A stretch of DNA of 64,000 nucleotides from Gammaproteobacteria bacterium (GCA_027315405.1 DAHUYB010000077.1:24286-88285), one strand, 5' to 3'. Positions 32,443-42,129 are shown, counted from the stretch's first letter. The notes: generated from the letters alone by a model not told the origin. Numbers and translations are program-made.

Positions 32443-33168
32443 ATGCAAGCTGACGATAAACGCCATTTACATCCGCAACGTGAAAACTTGGATGCCATGC
32501 ATGCCCGCGAGTCCTGGAAAATTTTCCGGATGATGGCGGAGTTCGTGGAAGGCTTCGAACAACTGGCGTCCATCCGGCCTTCCGTAAGCATCTTCGGTTC
32601 GGCGCGCACGACGCCGGATCATCCGTACTATGCACTCGCGGAACAAATCAGCCGGGCATTATCCGACGCCGGGTTTTCGGTGGTGACCGGCGGCGGACCG
32701 GGGCTCATGGAGGCCGCCAACAAGGGCGCCTACGCAGGAAAATCGCCGAGCATCGGTCTCAATATCCAGTTGCCCCATGAACAGGCTGCCAACCACTACC
32801 AGGATATTTCCCTTAAGTTCCGGCATTTCTTCACGCGCAAAGTGATGTTCGTGAAGTACGCTTCGGCGTATGTGGTGCTGCCGGGCGGTTTCGGCACGTT
32901 GGATGAACTCGGTGAAATCCTCACGCTCATCCAAACCGGCAAGATTATGCCGATTCCCATCCTGCTGGTGGGTAGCGGATTCTGGCAAGGATTAGTGGAT
33001 TGGTTGAAGGCACACCTGGTTGCGGAACATATGATAGATGCACAGGATCTCGAACTGTTCAAGGTCGTGAACGAAGCCCAGGAGGTGGTGAACGCCATCC
33101 TCGAGTACTACGGAACGCGCGGTTTCGAACCGTCGGCCCAGGAAAGGGAGACTCTACTGGAACTCTAG
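32443..33168 (+). CDS. TIGR00730/LOG family protein (cytokinin riboside 5'-monophosphate phosphoribohydrolase-like)
   Basis: VTGGGPGLMEAANKGA and PGGFGTLDEL motifs. The start was set at ATG 32443. Confidence 0.85.
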   Translation: MQADDKRHLHPQRENLDAMHARESWKIFRMMAEFVEGFEQLASIRPSVSIFGSARTTPDHPYYALAEQISRALSDAGFSVVTGGGPGLMEAANKGAYAGKSPSIGLNIQLPHEQAANHYQDISLKFRHFFTRKVMFVKYASAYVVLPGGFGTLDELGEILTLIQTGKIMPIPILLVGSGFWQGLVDWLKAHLVAEHMIDAQDLELFKVVNEAQEVVNAILEYYGTRGFEPSAQERETLLEL

Positions 33169-33189
33169 CGGCCTTTAGCACGCCGGTAT

Positions 33190-33591
33190 TCAGATTTCCG
33201 GCTTGCCCACATCCACGTCATCCAGATCGTGGGAATAATCGGTGGCCAGGACGGCGCGTGCCAAGGTCTCGTCCGCACGCATGACGCGAAGTTTGATGCC
33301 GCCGAGGGCGATGGCATACAACCAGTCCATTTGCACCATGTTGTCATCGAACAGTAACGCGCGAATTCCCTCCGCCGCCAGCCGCCCCATGGCGATATGT
33401 GCATCGATAGTCTTGTCGAAGGTGGCGATGGTGACGTATTCGTCCATGTCGGCAACCAAGTCGGCATTGCAATCCCCGTCGCCTGCCGCCCTCGGCGGCG
33501 AGCGCCACGCCCGGTCGCTGTCCTCGGTGAGTGCACTATAAAAGCGGGTTAACCAGACCGAAAACTGCCGGAATGCGGGGAATACCAGCAA
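33190..33591 (-). CDS. DUF2007 (putative signal-transducing) domain protein
   Basis: The C-terminal ~85 aa (YVTIATFDKTIDAHIAMGRLAAEGIRALLFDDNMV...IKLRVMRADETLARAVL) fit DUF2007. The true start may be ATG 33447. Confidence 0.6.
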   Translation of the reverse strand: MLVFPAFRQFSVWLTRFYSALTEDSDRAWRSPPRAAGDGDCNADLVADMDEYVTIATFDKTIDAHIAMGRLAAEGIRALLFDDNMVQMDWLYAIALGGIKLRVMRADETLARAVLATDYSHDLDDVDVGKPEI

Positions 33592-33665
33592 GGTTGTGTC
33601 CCGGAACTTGCGTCGCGTAGCGACTAACCTTTGGGATTAAAACACAAAACCGTGACGACGGCGGC

Positions 33666-33695
33666 ATAAAAAACCCGGCGGACGGGACCGCCGGG
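33666..33695 (-). terminator. Rho-independent terminator of the candidate Csr/Rsm sRNA
   Basis: Perfect 8-bp GC stem (CCCGGCGG 33674..33681 pairs with CCGCCGGG 33688..33695), 6-nt loop, followed on the minus strand by U6 (A run 33668..33673 on plus). Confidence 0.7.
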
Positions 33696-33816
33696 TTAAG
33701 GCCTTCATGGCCAGAGGTGATTGAGTGTACCTAAAAGGGCGTAAGCATCCTTGCTGGTCCATACCCCGCCCCGGGTCCTTGATCCTATCCTTGTCCCGCC
33801 ATTCCTTGGCAGTGCA
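33666..33816 (-). ncRNA. candidate Csr/Rsm-family CsrA(RsmA)-sequestering sRNA
   Basis: The intergenic minus-strand transcript carries 7 GGA motifs within about 60 nt (plus-strand TCC at 33748, 33758, 33776, 33783, 33788, 33794, 33803). Five are AAGGA/UAGGA, including GCAAGGAUGC and CUGCC-AAGGAAU-GGCGG hairpin loops. A strong terminator follows. The 5' end is estimated from a TAACAC -10-like element at 33822..33827. Confidence 0.55.
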
Positions 33817-33876
33817 GGCAAGTGTTACTCTGCCACGGGCAGATTGCCGGCACAGTCGGAGGACCCCGGCAGCCAG

Positions 33877-33894
33877 CGTAGGAAAAGGCTTACA
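33877..33894 (-). promoter_or_regulatory. GacA/UvrY-type upstream activating box-like inverted repeat
   Basis: The minus strand reads TGTAAG-CCTTTT-CCTACG, against the consensus TGTAAG-N6-CTTACA. The left half is perfect and the right half matches 4/6. It is centred about 70 nt upstream of the estimated sRNA 5' end. Confidence 0.4.
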
Positions 33895-33959
33895 TCGAAA
33901 GTTGTCCTCCCATTTTGATTTTGCGGTAAAACCCAGCAACAAACCCCAAAACCAGCCCC

Positions 33960-34916
33960 ATGCGCGAACTCTTCCCTCCCCTGGAACCCCTTGCCACCCG
34001 CAGCCTACGCGTACAGGCGCCCCATGAGATTTATGTGGAGGAATGCGGCAATCCCGGCGGGCTGCCGGTGGTGTTCGTTCACGGTGGTCCGGGCGGTGGC
34101 TGTACCACCGACAACCGCAGGTTTTTCGATCCGGCGCGTTATCGCATCGTGCTCTTCGATCAACGCGGTTGCGGCCGTTCACGGCCGCACGCGGAACTCA
34201 CGCACAACACTACCCAGGCGCTGGTGGAGGACATGGAGCGTATCCGGGAAACCCTCGGCATTGAGCGCTGGCTGGTTTTCGGCGGTTCCTGGGGTTCGAC
34301 CTTGGCCTTGGTATACGCCGAAACGCATCCACAGCGGGTCCTGGCGCTGATCCTGCGCGGCATTTTCCTGGTCACAGCGGCGGAACTCAACTGGTTTTAC
34401 CAAGACGGCATCCAGCATCTGTTTCCGGACCATTTCGAGGAGTTCGTGGCGCCGATCCCGGCGGCCGAGCGCAACGACCTGATACACGCCTATTACCGGC
34501 GTCTCACCAGCGATGATCCCGCCACACGCCAACGCGCGGCGGAAGTCTGGTCGTTGTTCGAGGCGCGCTGCTCAACGTTGTTGCCCAGTGAATCCGTCGT
34601 AGATCATTTTTCCGAGCCGGATGTGGCCATGGCCATCGCCCGCATTGAATGTCATTACTTTGTACATGATTGTTTCCTGACCCCTGGCCAGATCATCCGC
34701 GATGCGCCGCGTATCCGGAATATCCCCGGCGTGATCGTGCAAGGGCGCTACGATGTGGTATGTCCGGCGTCCGCCGCTTGGCAGCTGCACAAGGCGTGGC
34801 CGGAAGCGCGGTTCCGGTTAATTCCCGATGCCGGCCACGCCTCCAGCGAACCGGGCATCTGCTCCGCCCTGGTGGAAGCGACCGATGAGTTTGCTGGCCG
34901 TTTCAAAACCCCATGA
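33960..34916 (+). CDS. pip: prolyl aminopeptidase (proline iminopeptidase)
   Basis: 318 aa. [10 protein letters not shown] and the nucleophile elbow [10 protein letters not shown]. Alpha/beta-hydrolase S33 family pattern. Confidence 0.9.
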   Translation: MRELFPPLEPLATRSLRVQAPHEIYVEECGNPGGLPVVFVHGGPGGGCTTDNRRFFDPARYRIVLFDQRGCGRSRPHAELTHNTTQALVEDMERIRETLGIERWLVFGGSWGSTLALVYAETHPQRVLALILRGIFLVTAAELNWFYQDGIQHLFPDHFEEFVAPIPAAERNDLIHAYYRRLTSDDPATRQRAAEVWSLFEARCSTLLPSESVVDHFSEPDVAMAIARIECHYFVHDCFLTPGQIIRDAPRIRNIPGVIVQGRYDVVCPASAAWQLHKAWPEARFRLIPDAGHASSEPGICSALVEATDEFAGRFKTP

Positions 34917-35389
34917 TCGGACTGCTGCAGCGCGTCGGCCGCGCTTCGGTGGAGGTGGAAGGCAAGCCGGTGGCCGCCATCGGTCGAGGGCTACTGGTGT
35001 TCATTGCTGTCGAGCGTGGTGACCGCGAAGCACAGGCCGAACGTCTGTTGCAACGCCTGCTAGCCTACCGCGTGTTTCCGGATGCGGCTGGCCGCATGCA
35101 CCGGGATGTGCGCGAGATTGGCGGTGGCTTGCTGCTGGTACCGCAATTCACGCTAGCGGCGGATACCCGCAGCGGCAACCGCCCGAGTTTCACGCCGGCG
35201 GCGCCGCCTGAACAGGGTAAATATCTGTTCACGTATCTGTACAAACAGAGTGTGCGGGTCCATGCCGCTACCCAGTGCGGCCTATTCGGGGCTGACATGC
35301 AGGTGTCGTCGGTGAATGACGGCCCCGTCACCTTCTGGTTAAAAGTCCCGCCCGATTCGGAGAGCCGAGAGGATGTGGATTGTTCCTGA
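34913..35389 (+). CDS. dtd: D-aminoacyl-tRNA deacylase
   Basis: [18 protein letters not shown]...[18 protein letters not shown]...NDGPVTF are conserved Dtd motifs. Overlaps the pip stop by 4 nt. Confidence 0.93.
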   Translation: MIGLLQRVGRASVEVEGKPVAAIGRGLLVFIAVERGDREAQAERLLQRLLAYRVFPDAAGRMHRDVREIGGGLLLVPQFTLAADTRSGNRPSFTPAAPPEQGKYLFTYLYKQSVRVHAATQCGLFGADMQVSSVNDGPVTFWLKVPPDSESREDVDCS

Positions 35390-35633
35390 CCTGCGTCTGG
35401 ATTAGGATTGAGCAGCCGGTAGTTTATGAACCATGAGTAAAATATGCTGGCTTGCTTGAAAATGGGCGGCGCACTTAAATCCAGCTTTGTCATCAACGAC
35501 CGATCCGGATCCAATCCCATGTTTTCCAAAACCATCAAATATCATAGGCCGGTGCTCCGTAGCCCCCGCTTTATAGTTTGGCGGTGCGCACTGTCGGACG
35601 GGAAATAACGCAGATCAAAATCAGGCGACAACC

Positions 35634-36368
35634 ATGTTGCTGATACCCGCGATCGATATAACGAATGGGAAATGCACGCCTGCGACGGCTGTTCCGGGCG
35701 ATGGCAAGTCCATGCCGACGGATAACCCGGTGACGGTTGCCCAACGCTGGGCGGCAGCAGGGGCACGCCGCCTGCACGTAGCGGACATGGACAGTGCACA
35801 ACCCGGCAAACCGGCGAATGCCGCCGTAATCCGCGACATTGTGGACGCCTGCCCCGGCGTGCCGGTGCAGGTCAGCGGCGGAATGCGCAGCGATGCAAAC
35901 GTGGAAAGTTATTTTGAAGCAGGCGCAGACTACCTGATCTTGGAGACCAAAGCCGCGAGCACGCCGCATTACATCAACAATCTGTGCCTCGAATATCCCG
36001 GACACATCCTGGTGGAGTTGGATACCAAGGATGGCAAGGTGAACACCGAGGGCTGGTCGAAATTGGCCAACCACGACGCACTGGAGGTGGCGGAGCATTT
36101 CCAGCGCGAGGGTGTGGCGGGAATTCTTTACAGCGACAAACACCATGGTGGGATGCGCAATTTTAATCTCGCGGCGGCTTTGTCACTGGCCCAGTCCCTG
36201 ACCATCCCGATATTTCTGGCCAACGGCCTGAGCTCTCTTGAGGATATCCGTCAGTTGTGTAAGGCAGGCGGCGGTAGCCTGGCGGGCGCCGTGCTGACTG
36301 TCCAAACCCTGGATTTTGCCAAGGCACAAAAACTTGCCGACGTGTTTGCCGGCGAGCCTTCGGAATAG
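35634..36368 (+). CDS. HisA/HisF-family (beta/alpha)8-barrel protein, divergent HisA-like paralogue
   Basis: MLLIPAIDITNGKC...RRLHVADMD...VQVSGGMRS...VELDTKDGKVNTEGW is collinear with HisA. The C-terminal phosphate-binding SGG(I/V) is replaced by ANGLSS, and RDGT by HHGG. Confidence 0.7.
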   Translation: MLLIPAIDITNGKCTPATAVPGDGKSMPTDNPVTVAQRWAAAGARRLHVADMDSAQPGKPANAAVIRDIVDACPGVPVQVSGGMRSDANVESYFEAGADYLILETKAASTPHYINNLCLEYPGHILVELDTKDGKVNTEGWSKLANHDALEVAEHFQREGVAGILYSDKHHGGMRNFNLAAALSLAQSLTIPIFLANGLSSLEDIRQLCKAGGGSLAGAVLTVQTLDFAKAQKLADVFAGEPSE

Positions 36369-36484
36369 GAGATCAAAAGCGCGGCAATAGGGGTAAAATA
36401 TGCTTTCATCGGTCTTAACGACTCAGGTTTCTTTTGAGCGAGCTCTGATCCCCACCCATTACCCCGGAGCCGCAGGAGCAATTA

Positions 36485-36694
36485 ATGGAACTCAGTGTTG
36501 GCAAGATCCTGTTGATTCTTATCATTGTAGTACTGGTATTCGGCACCGCTAAACTGCCCAAGCTCGGCGAAGACCTCGGCAAGGCCGTGCGCAGCTTCAA
36601 GAAAGGTATGCACGATAGCGACAACGAACCCGCGGCCGAAGCGAAAGCCGCAGACGAAAAGTCCAAGTCCGGCTCCGATAACACGTCCAACTGA
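36485..36694 (+). CDS. tatA: twin-arginine translocase subunit TatA
   Basis: 69 aa. [33 protein letters not shown] is the TatA/E signature. Confidence 0.9.
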   Translation: MELSVGKILLILIIVVLVFGTAKLPKLGEDLGKAVRSFKKGMHDSDNEPAAEAKAADEKSKSGSDNTSN

Positions 36695-36700
36695 CGTTCC

Positions 36701-37006
36701 ATGTTCGAAGGCAGTTTTTGGGAGCTGGCACTGATCTTCGTGCTGGCGTTGGTGGTGTTTGGTCCGGAACGTTTGCCGGGACTGGCGCGCACCGTTGGCC
36801 TGTGGGTGGGCCGGGCGCGGGCCGTGGTAAGAAATCTCACGGAGCAGATCGAACGCGAACTGGCGGCCGAGGAAATGCGCAAGGCGGCGAACAGCGTGCG
36901 CCGGACCATGCAGGAGCCGATCAACCTCACCGGCACCAAGACCGCCGGTACGGATACGGCGGACAGGGTGCAGGAAACAACCAAGCATGACCCTTCCAAC
37001 GGATGA
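36701..37006 (+). CDS. tatB: twin-arginine translocase subunit TatB
   Basis: MFEGSFWELALIFVLALVVFGPERLPGLARTVGLWVGRAR is the TatB signature. Located between tatA and tatC. Confidence 0.88.
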   Translation: MFEGSFWELALIFVLALVVFGPERLPGLARTVGLWVGRARAVVRNLTEQIERELAAEEMRKAANSVRRTMQEPINLTGTKTAGTDTADRVQETTKHDPSNG

Positions 37007-37778
37007 TCCTGGCGGCGCAACACTGATCAGCAAATCCCTCATCGGGCACCTGCTGGAGTTGCGCCGCCGTCTGCTGCTGTGGGTGGGGACACTGTTGGTG
37101 CTGTTCTTGTGCCTGTTCCCGTTCCAGAACCGGGTGTTTGATTTCATCGCCTTGCCCATGATCCGGCGGCTGCCGTCGGGTTCCAGCATGATTGCCACCG
37201 GTGTCACCTCGCCTTTCATGACGCCCATGAAGCTTACGCTCATGCTGGCGCTGTTCCTGAGCGTACCGGTGCTACTCTGGCATCTGTGGCGGTTTGTGTC
37301 GCCGGCACTCTACAAGAGTGAACGCCGCATGTTTTTCCCGTTGCTGGTGTCCAGCGTGGTGCTGTTTTATTGCGGCGTGGCCTTCGCCTACTTTGTGCTG
37401 TTTCCAGTGGCCTTCGCGTTCCTTACCTCGGTGGCGCCGGCCGGGGTCAAGGTGATGACCGACATCAATGCCTATCTGGATTTCGTGCTCACGATATTCT
37501 TTGCCTTTGGCCTGGCCTTCGAGGTGCCGGTGGCCATCGTACTGGCAGTGTGGGTGGGGTTCACGACGCCGGGCAAGCTCAAGAAACTGCGCGCCTATGC
37601 ATTGGTAGCTTCCTTCATTGTCGGCATGATTCTGTCGCCGCCGGATGTGGTTTCCATGACCTTGTTGTCCGTGCCCATTTATCTGCTGTATGAAATCGGC
37701 ATGCTCATGGCGCGTGTCCTGGTGCCGGGCTCGAAGCAGGTGGATGCGCAGCGTGAACAAGGGCAAGCTGAACCATGA
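36987..37778 (+). CDS. tatC: twin-arginine translocase subunit TatC
   Basis: 263 aa, six TM segments, LIGHLLELRRRLL N-terminal motif. Confidence 0.93.
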   Translation: MTLPTDDPGGATLISKSLIGHLLELRRRLLLWVGTLLVLFLCLFPFQNRVFDFIALPMIRRLPSGSSMIATGVTSPFMTPMKLTLMLALFLSVPVLLWHLWRFVSPALYKSERRMFFPLLVSSVVLFYCGVAFAYFVLFPVAFAFLTSVAPAGVKVMTDINAYLDFVLTIFFAFGLAFEVPVAIVLAVWVGFTTPGKLKKLRAYALVASFIVGMILSPPDVVSMTLLSVPIYLLYEIGMLMARVLVPGSKQVDAQREQGQAEP

Positions 37779-37966
37779 GCGCTAGAGAGACACACGCCGC
37801 ACGCGATTATGCCTGCGAAACAGGGTTCGTTTGTATTATTTGTGTCGCGGCATATTAAAGGGCGCGAACTGAAGAATGATGGGCGAGGGCTGAAGTTACG
37901 TCAGCAACAGCAGGCACTTCTCTTGCCTATGTAGAATAGCGGCCTTTTCACTGCACAGGGAACCAC

Positions 37967-38893
37967 ATGACTAGCGACGCCCGTCACCGGCTGCGGCTTA
38001 TGGCAGCCTTTGCGGTAGTGTATATCGTGTGGGGATCAACGTATCTCGGCATCCGCATCGGTGTAGTGGATATCCCTCCGGCGTTGTTGTCCGGCATACG
38101 CAACACCGCCGCAGGTCTGGTATTGATGGCGATCGCAGTCGCCCGCGGCCAGCCGCTGCCGAGACGGCCGCGCGAGTGGCTGCACGCGCTGATCATGGGC
38201 GTGTTACTGGTGACACTCGGTAACGGTTTGGTGACCTGGGGGGAAGTTTATGTGCAGTCCAATCAGGCGGCGCTCATCGCCATCACCTCGGCCTTGTGGG
38301 TGGCGTGGTTTGGCACTTTCGGACCCAAGGGCCATCCGCTATCCGCGCGTGCCAAGAGCGGGCTCGTCATCGGCTTAGTGGGCGCGGTTCTCATGTTGTT
38401 GCCGGGGAAACAATTTACCTTTGAACACTTCGGCGCGCAGCTTGCAATTCTGCTGTCCACTGTATGTTGGGGCACCGGGGTGATCTACGGCCGTAGCTAT
38501 AGCGTGAGTGTGACGCCGCTGATGTTGTCGGGGATGTTGCTGTTCCTGGGAGGCGGGGTGTTGGTGATTATTGGCCTGGCTGCCGGCGAATCCTCCCACT
38601 GGCATTGGAGCCTGCTGAGTATGGGAGCGCTTATCTATCTCACGGTATTTGGATCCTGCATCGCCTACAGCACCTACATATGGCTCATTCACCACACTAC
38701 TCCGGACAAGCTCAGTACCACGGCCTACGTCAATCCCGCCATCGCGCTGGTACTCGGCTGGGTGGTGCTGGGCGAAAAAGTCGAGGCTGTCCGGCTTCTG
38801 GGCATGCTGGTGATTCTGGCTGGCGTGATCCTGGTAACCACGCGTTTCGGCTATCGCCGCAAACAGCCGGCAATCCAGGAAAATCGGTTATAA
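37967..38893 (+). CDS. EamA/DMT family transporter
   Basis: 308 aa, about 10 TM helices, duplicated EamA-type halves (VVYIVWGSTYLGI...). Confidence 0.85.
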   Translation: MTSDARHRLRLMAAFAVVYIVWGSTYLGIRIGVVDIPPALLSGIRNTAAGLVLMAIAVARGQPLPRRPREWLHALIMGVLLVTLGNGLVTWGEVYVQSNQAALIAITSALWVAWFGTFGPKGHPLSARAKSGLVIGLVGAVLMLLPGKQFTFEHFGAQLAILLSTVCWGTGVIYGRSYSVSVTPLMLSGMLLFLGGGVLVIIGLAAGESSHWHWSLLSMGALIYLTVFGSCIAYSTYIWLIHHTTPDKLSTTAYVNPAIALVLGWVVLGEKVEAVRLLGMLVILAGVILVTTRFGYRRKQPAIQENRL

Positions 38894-38936
38894 AGGCTGA
38901 CTGGATATTCCATAGAAGGGGGCGTGGAGATTACCA

Positions 38937-39617
38937 GTGGCCATGGTGGTGTCGCAATCCGAATTGGTTTGGCAACCGAACAGGGCTGCGTGTGTTGCGG
39001 CCAGCATACTTGCCGCGGCCAGTGTTTTGGCCGCTCTGATCTTTATGTTCGACAGACCCCTCGAATCCGCAATCCGGGTCACGTCGATTGAGATACGTTT
39101 GACTTCGGCCACGCCGTCTAAACAAGCGGCTTCGAAGCCGAAACAGCTGCGATCCAAACCTCCGGATGAAAGCGGGGCGATCCTGAAACAATCGCATCTT
39201 GTGAGGCCGGAAAAGATTCCGTTGAAAATTATTGAGTCGTTGCCCAAGCCTGTTGATTGGCAGCAGCAGGTAGAGATGAGCGTTAAAAGCCAGGACCAAA
39301 GTGACTCGAACCCGACCGAATTCACGTTGCACAAGATCCCGGTCACTACCCCTTTGCAGCAAGCCTTGAATGCACCCCGCAAGCCGGCGAGTATTCAGGA
39401 CGGAGAAAGCTACCGTTCCCTCTACGGTGGAGTGATGCTGAAATCCGACGGTCTGTGCAGCGAGCTGCAAACGATCCAGATGGGTCCTTCCCCCTCCAAC
39501 CGGGTGACCTTGGCCTTCCCGGGCCATCATTGTGCCGGCGATTACCAACCGAGCATGGCCGAGGAGTTATCAAAGTGGTCGGATCAAGAGGCGCTGAAAC
39601 ATCCACCTCCACGTTGA
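38937..39617 (+). CDS. hypothetical membrane-anchored protein
   Basis: 226-aa ORF with one N-terminal TM helix (CVAASILAAASVLAALIFMF), then a Pro/Lys/Ser-rich linker. I recognise no family. Confidence 0.45.
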   Translation: MAMVVSQSELVWQPNRAACVAASILAAASVLAALIFMFDRPLESAIRVTSIEIRLTSATPSKQAASKPKQLRSKPPDESGAILKQSHLVRPEKIPLKIIESLPKPVDWQQQVEMSVKSQDQSDSNPTEFTLHKIPVTTPLQQALNAPRKPASIQDGESYRSLYGGVMLKSDGLCSELQTIQMGPSPSNRVTLAFPGHHCAGDYQPSMAEELSKWSDQEALKHPPPR

Positions 39618-39626
39618 GGTCGTTCC

Positions 39627-40409
39627 TCAGGTACGCAAACCCACGCCTTTGTTCAGCAGCAACAGGCTGAAGCTGAAGAGCCCCAGAATGAATAGCAGAA
39701 TGATGGCATAAGCGGTGCCGATGCGGATGTCGGAGACGCCGAGGATGCCGTAGCGGAAGGCGTTTACCATGTAGAGAATGGGATTGGCCCTGGATATGTG
39801 TTGCCACACTTCAGGCAGCAGGTGAATGGAATAGAACACGCCGCCCAGATAGGTGAGTGGCGTAAGGATGAAGGTCGGGATGATGGTAACGTCGTCGAAT
39901 TTCTTGGCGAACACCGCGTTGATGAAACCACCCAGCGAGAACACCACCGCCGCCAGGATCACAACCGAGACGGTGATGAGCGGATGTACCACACGCAGGT
40001 GGGTGAAGAACAGCGAGATGATGGTGACGATGATGCCTACCAGAAGGCCGCGCACCACGCCGCCCGCCACGTAACCCAGCACGATGTAGGCATTCGGCAG
40101 CGGCGACACCAGCAGCTCTTCCACATGACGGCCGAACTTGGCGCCGAAGAACGACGACACCACATTGGCGTAGGAGTTGTTGATCACCGCCAACATAATG
40201 AGACCGGGAGCCAGGAACGCCATATAACTGTATCCGCCCATCTGTCCCACGCGACTGCCGATGAGTCCGCCAAAGATGATGAAATACAGCGTCATGCTGA
40301 TGGCCGGCGGCACCAGTGTTTGAACCCAGATACGCAGCACCCGTACCAGTTCACGCATGACGATGGTCTGGAAGCCGATGAAGTTTTCACGCAATCTGCT
40401 GACTCGCAT
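39627..40409 (-). CDS. ABC-2 type transporter permease (YadH-like)
   Basis: Six-TM ABC-2 permease pattern. ATG 40409 lies 6 nt after the ATPase stop codon. Confidence 0.85.
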   Translation of the reverse strand: MRVSRLRENFIGFQTIVMRELVRVLRIWVQTLVPPAISMTLYFIIFGGLIGSRVGQMGGYSYMAFLAPGLIMLAVINNSYANVVSSFFGAKFGRHVEELLVSPLPNAYIVLGYVAGGVVRGLLVGIIVTIISLFFTHLRVVHPLITVSVVILAAVVFSLGGFINAVFAKKFDDVTIIPTFILTPLTYLGGVFYSIHLLPEVWQHISRANPILYMVNAFRYGILGVSDIRIGTAYAIILLFILGLFSFSLLLLNKGVGLRT

Positions 40410-40414
40410 GGCGA

Positions 40415-41329
40415 TCAACCCTTGCCTTCGACCAGGCGCACGAATAGCTCTTCCAGACGATTCACCTTGTTGCGCATGCTGGTCACCTGGATGTGCTGCT
40501 GCGAGAGCAGGCCGAACAACCTATTGACGTCCTGGGACTTATTCACCTCGACTTCCAGGGTGGTGTCGTCCACCTGGGTCACGGCGTAGCCGTCGAGCGG
40601 CGGCATCTGTTGCAGCGGCTCGCGCAAGTTGAGCACGAAGGTTTCGGTATGCAATTTCGCCAGCAGGTCGCGGGTGCGTCCCTGTTCGATGATACGCCCC
40701 TTGTCGATGATGGCGACGCGTCGGCACAGATCCTCGGCTTCCTCCAGATAATGGGTGGTGAGGATGATGGTGATGCCTTCCTTGTTGATTTTCTTCAGGA
40801 ACGTCCACATAGAGCGGCGGACCTCGATATCCACGCCGGCGGTGGGTTCGTCCAGGATCAATAATTTTGGTTCGTGCACCAGCGCCCGCGCGATCATAAG
40901 CCGGCGCTTCATGCCGCCGGACAAGGTCCGGGAGATGTGGTCGCGCTTATCCCAGAGGCTCAACTGCTTCAGATATTTCTCCGTGCGCTGCTTCGCCAGC
41001 CGTTGCGGGATGCCGTAGAACCCCGCCTGGTTTATTACAATATCGGAAATCTTCTCGAACTGGTTGAAGTTGATCTCCTGCGGCACCAGGCCGATACAGG
41101 ATTTCGCCCTTTCTATTTCGGTGTCGATATCGTGATCGAAGACCTTGACGCTGCCAGAAGTCTTGTTCACCAATGAAGTGATGATGCCGATGGCGGTGGT
41201 TTTGCCGGCGCCGTTGGGACCGAGAAGTGCGCTGAACTCGCCTTCCTGCACCTCGAAATCAATGCCCTTGAGGGCTTGGGTGCCGTTCTTGTAGGTCTTG
41301 ACGAGGTTGTGGATGCTGAGTGCGTTCAT
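40415..41329 (-). CDS. ABC transporter ATP-binding protein (YadG-like)
   Basis: Walker A GPNGAGKTT, signature LSGGMKRR, Walker B LLILDEPT. Confidence 0.9.
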   Translation of the reverse strand: MNALSIHNLVKTYKNGTQALKGIDFEVQEGEFSALLGPNGAGKTTAIGIITSLVNKTSGSVKVFDHDIDTEIERAKSCIGLVPQEINFNQFEKISDIVINQAGFYGIPQRLAKQRTEKYLKQLSLWDKRDHISRTLSGGMKRRLMIARALVHEPKLLILDEPTAGVDIEVRRSMWTFLKKINKEGITIILTTHYLEEAEDLCRRVAIIDKGRIIEQGRTRDLLAKLHTETFVLNLREPLQQMPPLDGYAVTQVDDTTLEVEVNKSQDVNRLFGLLSQQHIQVTSMRNKVNRLEELFVRLVEGKG

Positions 41330-41646
41330 GGACGGATGAAAACATTCCGGCAGGGGTTATTTTGGGCGCTAATGATACCGCAAAAGAAAAGCTCAGCGGT
41401 TTGCACCGCGTCCAATTTAGTAGGCTGGGAGCAGCATTGGGCTGTGCGCCATCGTGCTGGCATGGGTCTATCAGTCGCAGTTGCCGCCATCATGAACGGT
41501 GATCGGGACTTTCCATCCGAACTGAAGAAATCCGGTAAGAATTCCCCTAGACTGCCTCCTTGACAGGTTGGAACAATCCATGCGCCGCATTCAAGACTGA
41601 AATCTGGGATGCGAATCAATCAATATATGGTTGCAACGGTTGATCG

Positions 41647-42129
41647 ATGAAACTACGTGATCACAAGCTGGCACGGCTGATTCTCGAGCTTCTGAGTCAG
41701 GGCATCACGCCCCACAAGATTGCGCTCACCGTCGCCTTGGGTGTGGTACTGGGTGTGGCCCCGGTGCTCGGCAGCACCACGCTACTGTGCACCGCCGCCG
41801 CCCTGGTGTTCGGCATCAACCTGCCGCTGATTCAGGTGGTGAACTACCTGGTTTACCCCCTGCAACTGCTATTGTTGATTCCCTTCATCCAGGGTGGGCA
41901 ATGGCTGTTTCGCCAGCCGCCTTTGCCGTTCTCGTTTGCGCAACTCACCGCGCTGCTGCGATTGAGATTCTGGCAGACACTGGCGATGCTCTGGGAATAC
42001 ACCCTGCACGGGTTGATTGCATGGCTGATCCTGGGCGGGATGTCTGCATTCATCATCTATACGGTGTTGCGCCCAATCCTCGGGTATCTGATCGTGAGAA
42101 AAACCGCCAGCGAGAAGCATCTTGATTAA
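41647..42129 (+). CDS. DUF2062 domain membrane protein
   Basis: 160 aa. GITPHKIALTVALGVVLGVAPVLGSTTLLCTAAALVFGINLPLIQVVNYLVYP fits DUF2062. Confidence 0.72.
   Translation: MKLRDHKLARLILELLSQGITPHKIALTVALGVVLGVAPVLGSTTLLCTAAALVFGINLPLIQVVNYLVYPLQLLLLIPFIQGGQWLFRQPPLPFSFAQLTALLRLRFWQTLAMLWEYTLHGLIAWLILGGMSAFIIYTVLRPILGYLIVRKTASEKHLD

Noticed and set aside
41569-41584. sigma54-like TGGAAC-N5-ATGC upstream of the DUF2062 gene
   Set aside because: GG and GC are in the correct 12-nt register, but both hexamers deviate from consensus. Upstream I see only an NtrC half-site (TGCACC near 41405), not a full enhancer. This is too weak to report as a feature.
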